Source: Callorhinchus milii (Eukaryota). From it: a DNA stretch of 64,000 nt. The position numbers and the translations under genes were made by a program. Under the pieces are notes generated by a model. It had not been told where the DNA came from. It was given only the letters and a program-made list of their open reading frames with translations, and did no database searches. Positions within the stretch are counted from its first letter, which is position 1. Each line of letters begins with the position of its first letter. Of this stretch, positions 1-58,313 are shown in pieces. Location: the NCBI RefSeq assembly GCF_018977255.1, contig NW_024704742.1, positions 87,360,001-87,424,000 of the forward strand, written 5' to 3'.

Positions 1-271
1 AGGTGATTCACAAAAAATGTTAGATAAACTGGTATAGCCTGCTGACCCACTGGTAAACACAATCTCTGGTCCGGAAAGTTAACTTTGTTTGTTTGCCTAC
101 TATAACAAACAGTCACTAGACCTCCCAGTAATTACCATGAACTGCTTTGAGATGTTAAGACATGATAAGGCTCTATAAAAATGCAATAGCTTTTTTTCTT
201 CTTTCATTCAGCTGAGATAAAAACCTGAAAGTTGGGTTTACAGTTTTTTTTGGGTCAGCCGGGCGTCTGAT

Positions 272-600
272 CACATGCGGAAACCCATGCTTAAGAGAAT
301 TCCAAACCAAGCTGAGATTTCTATATATCCCACCTAGACATGGAAATCCCAGAGATAGACTGTTGGAATGGAATGCGCACTCATCCTGGAGGGATTCATT
401 CTGCTTACCTAATTCCAGAAAGTATTAGGTCAGGTTGGCAAGAGCCAAGTCTTGGGGACCCCAGAGTGTGCGTTATGGGTACTGCTGGAGTCTAACCAGC
501 TAAAACCACATAGCTTGCCATTGATATTGTTGTCCGGCAAGCTTTCCCACTGCTTGTCCAGCTAGGACCACCATACCCACTAGGGCTTTGGCTTGAAGGG
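272..600 (+). repeat. Unclassified interspersed repeat of about 330 bp
   Basis: Homologous copies at about 17984-18320(+), 35056-35270(+) and 45190-45476(-). Confidence 0.75.
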
Positions 601-910
601 CTAAAAGGAGTTGACTAGTCTGCCCTTCCAGGTCCTGCCAGTGATCAGGCTGCCTGTGCTGTCATCAGCAGTGCCCTGGAACACTGCGGACCCGCCTGGC
701 TCAGGAGCCAGGCTACCAAGTCCGTCACAGAGTGCTGGCCCGATTCTGACATTCCATTACTGGGCATCTCACCTTGGAGCCAGTTCAGTCCCAAGGAGAC
801 CCCGCGTCACTTTTATGTTGACATGAACATGTTCAAAGACATTTTGCACAGTTCTGGAGCCACCACACCCACCTGCACATGCCAGGTGTCCCTTGAGGAC
901 GAACGACAAG

Positions 911-1130
911 GCCTAATATAATAATCCCTCCAAAACAAAAAAAACAATAATAAATTGGTCATTTTCAATCTACGACTGTTTGTGGGACATTGCTGTGCGC
1001 AATTGGCTGCCGCGTTCGCCCTCAAATATACAGTCAATTCACTTTACAGTGTGTTCTGTGAAGCGCTTTGGGACGTCCTCCCGACATGAAAAGCGCTATA
1101 TCAAATGCAAGGATTATTATTATTATTATT
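911..1130 (+). mobile_element. Young SINE, 5'-truncated
   Basis: Body and (TAT)n tail almost identical to the copies at 29859 and 57117. Confidence 0.9.
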
Positions 1131-2863
1131 ATAAGGCGCTCTATCAAATATATAAAGGATTGTTATTATCTCAGGATCTCATTCGTAACATGTACTGTAT
1201 TTTTTCAAATTAAGTTCAAGCAAATGAATATATCAGAAATGTGAATAGATGTTTGGTCACATATAAAAATAGTCCAGAGGCCGACATTCCACCTAACCTA
1301 AGATAATTTTCTTGAAAAGATTAAGATTCCTACAGAATTAGTAGGAAATTTAGAAGCTGACTTTCCTTCAGTTCTCAAAGCAACCGCTTCCAAATTAGGA
1401 CTGAATTTGAGAATTTACAATAGTGCTGAACTATTCTCTTTGAGCGCAGAATCTTACAAGAACACGAAAAAGTGTGAAACAATGAAAAGCGATCAGCACA
1501 TCAAGCCCGGCCCTTATCTAAAAACAATCACGTCAAGGTCTTAATGCCATGGACTCTAGCTCCCAGCCCGAAAATTAATCATTCAATGACATCACCTAAC
1601 CCTATGATCAGAGCAGCTTCTTGAAATCACACCAGTGATGTATACTTATGGAGTATAAACATCAGCATGGACTAGTTGAGCAAAATAGCTTGTTTCTGTG
1701 CCCTATCACTCTGTGTAATTCTATGTCAAAGTGGGTCTAATATAAACACGGTCATTTTCTAACTAACTAAGGCAGCTGGAAGCAAGTCGTGCTGACTAAA
1801 TATGAACTTTGCTCCAGTCTACAGCGCAGCAGAGCTCCTGCAGGTCACCATGAATGTACAGGATGCATGTTCTGGTTTCTGGAAGGCGTCTCTGAAGAAA
1901 CCACTTTAGATATTGTTGACAACAGCAACTTATATCGTGCCCTTCACTCTGGTAACATCTTTAAGCACTTATAAGACCCCATCATAAACTTCAAATCCAG
2001 GGCAATTTTCAATTTCCCACATTTTAAAGTCCCTCCCTCCCCCAGGTTTATGTAACAATAGCCTCTCGCACCCCCACCCCCAACCACCAAATTGCTGATC
2101 TGCCCAGTGAACACAACTAAAATGTGGGATTGAGTGAGAATAGGACAGATCTTGGGTGTGACATCCTCCACAGTCCAAAGCCTGCCAGCTCTCACTGTCT
2201 AACCTCACACACAAAGAACTTATTAATCTTTGTAACTAATAGCCACCTCAACAAGGCACTGGAGGATTTCTTGGGCTCAGAAACAGAACAAAATAGCCTT
2301 TGTAAAAAAAACAACCGTGAACAGTTTGTATCATAAATAATGTGACCAGGTGAGGTATATACAGTAAGTGATTATAGACAGAAAGAATTATAAATAAATA
2401 CTAACAATCCTTACAGTTGGTATAGCAAATGGACTCTCAAAGGATTCACAGGATATACTGTACTGTAAATTGCTGTGACTGTGTTTGTGGGCAGACACAA
2501 AATGAACAGGGTACGAATTTTAAACTTTAAGAATACAAAGAAACTATTGGAAACTATCAAGCCCCCAAATTCATGAGCCAAATATGCTGTTGAATCTGAA
2601 TAAGTTTGGACAAAAACCTCATAGAGGTTATCAAATTGGATATATAATAATAATCCTTGCATTCAATATAGCACCTTATCACGTAGTTAAGATGTTTCAA
2701 AGCGCTTCACAGAAAATATTGTAAAGTGAATAGACTGTATATTTTGTGGATTTATAACTTACTGTAAAACTGGCTTTACACCTGTTATGTGATCACAAAA
2801 AGAGTAAAATTGATAATGGTTTGTTTGAGAAGTACGCAGAAAAATGCACAGAAGCTCCCTTAC

Positions 2864-3352
2864 CCTGTGAAGTGAGGGATCTCCAGACTCATTCACACCT
2901 GTTTTCCTGCCAAGCATCCTCTCCAGCTTGCCTTCCAGAGCCTCCACCTTGCTGACAAACAACTGTCGTTCCTGCAATAACTGGGTTAGTTTGTCTCTGA
3001 GATCTGTGGATATCTTGTGAAGTTCTTGGTCCTGAAGTTCCAATGTCTGGGACTTAACTTTCAGAGCCTCACCACCGCTCTCCAAGTCCCTCGCCTGGCC
3101 CTCAAGTTGAATGAAGGAACTGTTGTAAACGTCTAGTTTTTCCACGATGGCATCGATCTCCACCCTCGTCCCGTCCACATGATGTTTCAGCGCTTGCCCG
3201 AGCTGAAGAAGACCATACGCAATGAGGTTCACATCGTCAGATGTGGCAAAGTGAGCCTTTTGCACTCCCTGAGACTTGTTCCCCAGTCTGCCCCCCAGCA
3301 CACATGCAGGGTTAACAAAGCAGATCATCATAGCAAAATAAAACGTCTTCAT
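2864..3352 (-). CDS. Angiopoietin-like protein (ANGPTL3/4/8 clade), coding exon 1, nested antisense in a DOCK8 intron; later exons not found in the window
   Basis: ATG at 3352-3350 gives MKTFYFAMMICFVNPACVLG (signal-peptide-like), then HFATSDDVNLIAYGLLQLGQALKHHV (SE1 motif as in ANGPTL3/4/8) and a heptad coiled coil. The exon ends at a phase-0 AGG|GTAAG donor after 163 codons. Confidence 0.9.
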
Positions 3353-3453
3353 TATGTGGATCCAAGCAGCTTGATGTTGCTTGTTTAGCTCACTTTCACT
3401 CTGTGCAGAGACAACTCTGCTGCTGATATGCCACAAGCCAGACACTGCACTCC

Positions 3454-3461
3454 CTTATATA
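3454..3461 (-). promoter_or_regulatory. TATA box of the nested ANGPTL gene
   Basis: The minus strand reads TATATAAG about 100 nt upstream of the ATG at 3352. Confidence 0.6.
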
Positions 3462-4497
3462 CTGTCTTTGAGAGCCTACCCAGTTGCACATATTTAAATA
3501 ATAATTAAACTCAGTGGGAACCAGTGAGGCATGCTCCATACCGCATCAGTGCTAACACTAAGGGAGTATCTCTAAAGTCTGTCCCACTTTTTTTTGCTTA
3601 TTAGCAGTGCAACTTGAACATCTTTCTGAAATTATTTTAAAACTCTCTGGGGGTAAACATTATGTTTGTTTTGTTGTATGTCGATTTGGTTGGATGCCCC
3701 AGTATGACGAATCGGGACTTGGAACTCACATAGTCTGTGATGACGCTCCAGTGTAGTGCTGGGGGTGTGCTGCGTTGTTGAAGGAGCCCTCCTTCGGATG
3801 AGACATTAAATTGAGGTGCTGTTCAGGTGAATATTAATGATTCAGTGGCACTGTTTGAAAAGAGCAGGAAGTTTCTACCGGTGTCCTGACCGACAGTTCC
3901 CCAAAATAAAATTAGTCATTCACTCCATGGCTGTTTGTGGAACATGGCTGAGTGTAAATTGGCTGTCGCGTTTGCCCACAAATACAGTCACTGCACTTTA
4001 TAGTATATCTGTGAAGTGCTTTGAGCATCCTCCCGACCTGAAAGAATTATTATTCAGTGGCTGGTGATAAGAGTGCATCAGGTGCACTGACGCATTGAGC
4101 ATGGAGCATTTATTGCATTTGCTCCCACCATTTCTTCATCCTGTGCATTTTAGGTTTCTGGCGTGTTGAGAGGAGGTGTCTGGCAGAGGCTAGGATAGGT
4201 GCCTTTTCTCCGGCCTCCCGCCCGAGAGAGGGAGCAATAATAGCCTGGTCACCTACTACCAAGGGCATTAGTCTCAGTGTCCCTCACCTCCTGCTTCTAT
4301 CTTTAGTTGGGATGTGGTGTGGGATGTGAGGGAGGGAGATAAGTTTAAAAAAAAGTGGAAAATGCCAACAATTTGCATTTATATAGTGCCCTTCAAGCAG
4401 GGTAGCATCCAACAGTGCTTAAGTAAACAAAATAATGGAACAGTTTGCATATTTCTGTGTTTTCTATGAGCTTCTGATTTCAGGTAGCTGGAAGATT

Positions 4498-4918
4498 GTG
4501 GAGTCCTGTAGCTCAGTTGTTAGAGCACACGCCTCGCAAGCGAGAGGACCTGGGTTCGATTCCCGGGATTGCGAAACCTTGGGCAAGTTTCCTTACTCCA
4601 CACGCCTGATAATAATCCCGTTTCCTTACTCCATACGCATCTGTTTACCTAATAGTAAGTAGGAACCCAGTTGTTAGTCGATTGGCGGATCGCTTTTCCG
4701 GGGGTGATAATCCCTTCAAGACAATAAATAAATTTTAAAATAATAATTTGGTCACTCAATCCACGACTGTTTGTGGGACACTGCTGTGTTCAGTTAATTG
4801 GCTGCTGTGTTTCGCCTACAGAATACAGTCAATTCACTTTACAGTGTATTCTGTGAAGCACTTTGAGACATCCCGAAGACGTGATAAGGCACTATACCAA
4901 ATGCAAGGATTATTATTA
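4498..4918 (+). mobile_element. tRNA-Ala-derived SINE, short/long chimeric copy
   Basis: A box TAGCTCAGTTG, B box GGTTCGATTCC, conserved body, ATT tail. Confidence 0.88.
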
Positions 4919-5267
4919 CATTATTAATATAGTGGCAGATAGATATGTATTATTTGTTTATTCATTCAAGGATTGTCTGCAGTACTAATGAAAGTGAGCT
5001 GCGTATTGGGTTTCTGCAGACATTATTTTCAGAAACACTAGTACTGCCTCTACACTACCTCCCCCCAAAAAGTTCACATTGAATTCTACCCCAGTACCTT
5101 TTGGTCCCCATTGTTATTAGCTAACAAGCAAGGAGATCTGCTACGGAAATGTTCTTTCTGTAGGAAAGTGCACAAAGTACACAATCACTGCACTTTACAG
5201 TAAACCCTGTCAAGTGCTTTGAGATATCCTAAAGGCGCTATATCAAATGAAAGGATTATTATCATAA

Positions 5268-5590
5268 AGAGCATTCGCCTTGCAAGCGAGAGAACTGGGT
5301 TCAATTCCCAGCTGGTCGAAACTTCAGGCAAGTTTTCTTACTCTACACGCCTGATAATAAGCCCTCAAGAAAAAAAACAATAATAAATTGGTCACTTCAA
5401 TCCACAACTGTTTGTGGGACACTGCTGTGCGCAATTGGCTGCCGCGTTCGCCCACAAATATACAGTCAATTCACTTTACAGTGTGTTCTGTGAAGCGCTT
5501 TGGGACGTCCTCCCAAATGCAAGGATTATTATTATTATTATTATTATTATCTAGAAGACGTGAAAAGTGCTATATCAAATGCAAGGATTA
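5268..5590 (+). mobile_element. tRNA-derived SINE, short form with rearranged tail
   Basis: Same family body; tail segment duplicated. Confidence 0.88.
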
Positions 5591-5784
5591 TCCACCAAAT
5601 ATTAGCCCAAAAAGGATGTCAATAATAGTGCTTTTGAACCTTTAAGAAAAGGGTCTTCAAAGGGGAGTGAAACAAGAACAAAAACGTTTTGCAGCTTTAA
5701 TTTTTTTAATTAGGCACCATCTCAAAATTATAAATGTAGTTTAATTTCTAACAACCACGGGTGTCAGGAGGTCAGGCGGTCGGA

Positions 5785-6880
5785 CAACAACAACAAGATT
5801 GCATTTATAGAGCGCCTTTCACGTCGGGAAGACGTCCCAACGCGCTGGACAGTTGGGTCAGGACCCAAGCAGGGGGGAATGGTCAGGGTGAGGGGAGGGA
5901 AGGGAAGGAGCGAGGAGGGGGTAGAGAGTCGAGAGGGGAGCTGAAGGCACGGTTGAAGAGAAAGGTCTTGAGACCGGCCTTGAAGGAGGAAAGGGAGGAA
6001 GCAAAGCGAAGGCACTGAGGGATGGAGTTCCAGAGCCTAGTGGCTGAGAGGCTGAAAGCCCGGCCACCGATGCTAGGGCGGGGGATGTGGAGCAGACCGG
6101 AGCCAGAGGAACGGAGGGTACGGGCGGGTACATAGGGGGATAGTAGGTCGGAGGGAGCAAGGCCATGAATGGCCTTGTAGGTGAGGATGAGGATCTTGAA
6201 TTTGATCCTCTGGGGGATGGGGAGCCAGTGGAGGCGAGCGAGGGTGGGAGTGATGTGGTCCCGAAGCCTGGTGCGGGACAGTACACGAGCTGCAGAGTTC
6301 TGAATGACCTGCAGCTTGTGGAGGGAGGTGGCGGGAAGGCCGGCGAGGAGAGAGTTCCCGTAGTCCAGCCTTGAGGTGATAAAGGCGTGGACCAGAGTTT
6401 CAGCAGCGTGAGGGGTGAGGTAGTGCCGTAGTCTGGCGACATTCCGGAGGTGGTGGAAGGCAGTGCCAGCTGTAACGCGGATGTGGGGAAGAAAGGACAG
6501 CTCAGGGTCGAACAGAACCCCGAGGTTCCTGACCGGCTTTGAGAGGTGGAGAGTGCAGCCTTGGATGCTGATGCTGTCAGCGCCTGAGGTGCGGAGGCGC
6601 TGACGTGAGCCAATCAGGAGGGCCTCAGTTTTACGCACGTTGAACTGAAGAAAGTTGTCTCTCGTCCAGGACTCGATGTCGGACAGGCAGCTGTCAGGAC
6701 ATCGGTGGTCGTGGAGTTGAGGGTAGAGGAGGAAAGGTAGAGTTGGGTGTCATCCGCATATATGTGGAAGTTAACCCCATGTCTGCGGATGATGTCACCA
6801 CAGGGGGAGCGTATAAAGGGTGAAGAGGAGGGGACCGAGGACAGAGCCCTGAGGGACACCGCACGAGACAGGGTTTGACA
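5785..6880 (-). mobile_element. L2-clade LINE, 5'-truncated (RT C-terminal half plus 3' UTR and (TTG)n tail), frameshifted
   Basis: Minus-strand translation GVPQGSVLGPLLF...FHIYADDTQLY...RNLGVLFD...SRLDYGNSLL...LHWLPI...LWNSIP; the + strand starts with ACAACAACAACAAG. Confidence 0.93.
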
Positions 6881-7031
6881 GAAATTAATAATAATAATCC
6901 TTACATTTGATGTAGCCTCTTATCACATCTTCAAGACGTCTCAAAGCGCTTCACAGAAAATACTGTAACGTGAATTGACTGTATATTGTGCGTAAAAATT
7001 AAAACACAATTTGTAAAGTCCACCAAACAAA

Positions 7032-7329
7032 GGTTAGAGCACTCGCCTCTCGAGCGAGAGACCTGGGTTCGATTCCCGGCAGGGCAAAACCTTGGGCAAG
7101 TTTCCTTACTCCACACGCCTAATAATAGTCCCTCAAGAAAAAAAACAATAATAAATTGGTCACTTCAATCCACGACTTCTCTGTGGGACACTGCTGTGCA
7201 CAATTGGCTGCTGTGTTTTGTCCACAAATATACAGTCAATTCACTTTACAGTATATTCTGTGAAGTGCTTTGAGACATCTAGAAGACGTGAAAAGCGCTA
7301 TATCAAATGCAAGGTTTATTATTATTATT
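7032..7329 (+). mobile_element. tRNA-derived SINE, short form
   Basis: GGTTAGAGCACTCGC...GGTTCGATTCC...TGCAAGGTTTATTATT. Confidence 0.88.
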
Positions 7330-8013
7330 AAGTTGTTTGGTGATATCTTCCAGTCTCTCAGTCTCTGGTAGTGATCTTGGGTTACGAGTGCTGAAGGTAA
7401 ATCAGTAGTACTTAAAAGTTTTTTTTCTTGCCTTATTTATCAGCAGCAATTTCTGTGGGTGGCAATTATCTAATATTACTGATGGATGTCCAGAGCTAAT
7501 GAGACTGTTTGGGCCTACAGAATAGACTTGCTTGTTTTAGCGCATTTCCATCCACATAGACCACACAGACATGGAATATATAACTCGTGCTTGCTGCACG
7601 ATTCTAATGTTTCCAGGTGCCAAGTTTTCTCCTGAGAAACTTTGTTGTTTCCGTCCAAAATATCTGAGGATTTCACCACGTTCCCTTAAGGACCTGAATG
7701 CTTGTGGTTCTGGGGCTTGTTCACAAAGTGATGCAGTGCCAGCATAAGGAAGTGGCTGCAGTGGTGGTGGTTGAGTCACACCTGCTGATAAATAATAATC
7801 TTGTACCAAAACAGACAAGTGTGCTGCTAAAAGATTGTTTTAACTTCACAGCAGCCAACTAGGCAAAGCTCCCTAACTTCACAATGCCAATCAACAGCAG
7901 TGCGTGTGTCCTGAGTATACTGTGGAAAACTTTTTTGTCCTCTTTTGAGAATTTTACATGATCCCCTTTTCCGTTTCTCCCAGCTCCCATGAGGGCTGGG
8001 CATCCTGTGTGTT

Positions 8014-8435
8014 AGCCTTGGCTCAGTTGGTAGCAAGCTTGTCTCAAGGCAGAAGGTTGTGGATTCATGCCCCATGTTACGATATGGAACCCACATAGTC
8101 CAGGGTGACACTCCAATGCAGTGTTGGGAGAATGCCACTTTGTTGGAGGTGTGTCCTTCAGATGAGATGATAAACTGTTAAAGTTAAAGTTTTTTGAGAA
8201 TATTAAAGTTCCCATGACACTATTCAAAAAGAGAAGGGAGTTTCTCCCGTGTCCTGGCCAACAATCTCTCAAAAACAATTGGTCATTCTCTTCACGGTTG
8301 TTTGAAAGACATTGCTGTGTGTAAATTGGCTGCTGCGTTCACCCAGAAAATATAGTGACTCCACTTTGCAGTGTATCCTGTGAAGTGCTTTGAGATGTGA
8401 AAGGTGCTATACAAAATGCAATGATTATTATTATC
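8014..8435 (+). mobile_element. Older Deu-domain SINE (SacSINE1/AmnSINE1-like), near full length
   Basis: tRNA-like head, then the Deu core (CCAATGCAGTG..GGGAG...CTTCAGATGAGA...CCCATGACACTATT...GAGTTTCTCCCGTGTCCTGGCCAACA...AAATTGGCTGCTGCGTT). Further copies at about 3740-4040, 9530-9915, 10245-10545, 11600-11770(-), 19190-19545, 27420-27560, 29120-29810, 46355-46490 and 50090-50420. Confidence 0.75.
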
Positions 8436-10003
8436 TTCCGGTGTGTCACACGGGTAGCAATTTTTCACATGTGATTCATAACAGTGAGTTTCAGCGGACT
8501 ATTTGAGTGTGAGGGGATGTGTCGCAGCCAAACTCTATTCTTTGCCTCACCCAAGGTGTACACAAACTTGCATAGTGATCAAGAGTGGAACCCCTGGTTG
8601 ATTATCTCCTCCCTAACAGGGGACATTGAGCTATAGTGTGACACATCTCACCTCAGCTGAGATCAGATAGCTCAGCACAGAACAAGGAGACCATTCAGAC
8701 AAGTCATTGGACAATTAAGTTTTACTATATACCAAGGTTACTGGGCTTGTTTTCTGATCTTAATGTAAGGTAGTTGCTGATGTATTTTTGTTATATTTTA
8801 TTTGGTGTATCTTGTTGATAATTCTTCAAAACTCTTGGTTTACAAAGCAGCTTCACACAAGGAAACTGACCTTATTTTGCTTTTAATAACATACTTGTTG
8901 AAAGTAAACCTTGAAATGCATGGGCGTGTGAGCTCCAGTCTGGAACATGTACATACATATCATCAAAATTATTGGTCTCAAAATAGCCACAGCAGATGCT
9001 AGTAAAAAGGAATTTATTGTTTTTGAGAATAAACTCCCACTGATCTGTCCTCAAGGGAACAGGCAACTCTGTACAGAGGTTACTGTGTTAAACATATCAT
9101 AGCTGCAAGAGTCAATCCTACATTTGCAAATATCAGCAAGCGTTTACATTCTTCAGTAAGCTGTATATTTTGTGGAAGCATTGATTTACAACTGTTGGCT
9201 TAATTCTCTCTTGTTTGCTTGCTGGACTCAAGAATGACATTTAGCGCCATCGAACATATTGAGTTGCAACCGCAGCAACAACAACTTGCATTTATACAGC
9301 ATCCTTTACATAGGAAATGTCTCAGAGGACCTGATATTGGCTGGATTTAATGTGGAGCAAGGAGGAAGGGGAGGGAGAGGTGAGCTTAGGCATGGTCAAA
9401 GAAGCAGCAAGATTCAAGAATACAAAACACAATAATTAATCTTTCACAAACAATTTAAACATTTGGGTTTAAATTTTATTGCTGATCTATGATAGTCTCC
9501 TGCTTATAAAATATATAGATATTTAGCGAGGTGTCAGAAGGTTGTGAGTTCAAGCCCCACATTGGAGCTTTGAGGCTCACAGTTTCAGCTGATACTCTAA
9601 TGCAGTGCTAGGGGAGCAGAGGTGCTGTCCTTCAAATGAGATGTTCAAACAAGGTCCTGTCTGCCTGTTCAGGTGGATGTTAAAGATTCCATAGCATCAA
9701 AATGAGAAGAGAGTTTCCCCCCAGTGTTCTGGCTGACAATTCCCTGAGATAACATTGATCATTCACTTCATGGCTGTTTTGGGGATATTGCTGTGTGCAA
9801 ACTGATTGTGTTCAGGCATAAAATACACAGTCAATAGACTATAGAGTACATCATGTGCAGAGCTTTGAGACATCGAAATGACATGACTATATCAAATGCA
9901 AGGCTTAATATTATGTTATTAGAGAGCAAAATAGACCACTGTTTTCATCTGTTGGTGTTACATTATTGGTAGCGTTTTCATTTACTCTATTTATTATCTA
10001 CAG

Positions 10004-58313
<48,310 letters not shown>

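Noticed and set aside
980..1213. Recurrent short ORFs ending ...RYIKCKDYYYY (also 5388, 53398, 57116, 60467)
   Set aside because: These are chance translations of the SINE body and (TAT)n tail, not a gene family.
1..2758. Search for ANGPTL exon 2 on the minus strand
   Set aside because: No convincing AG/GT-bounded coiled-coil exon was found by eye; it is probably left of the window.
2759..2863. C-terminal VRELLCIF... of the same ORF, which would make a short single-exon ANGPTL8-like protein
   Set aside because: It lies after a consensus AGG|GTAAG donor at the position where ANGPTL3-type exon 1 ends, so it is intronic read-through.
3353..3445. N-terminal extension (MSGLWHISSR...) in the 228-aa ORF-track entry
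   Set aside because: It starts at a non-ATG codon within about 10 nt of the TATA box; the ATG at 3352 directly precedes the signal peptide.
5858..6613. 251-aa Ser/Pro-rich ORF, and similar ORFs at 27637 and 41328
   Set aside because: They are alternative frames of C-rich L2 sequence.
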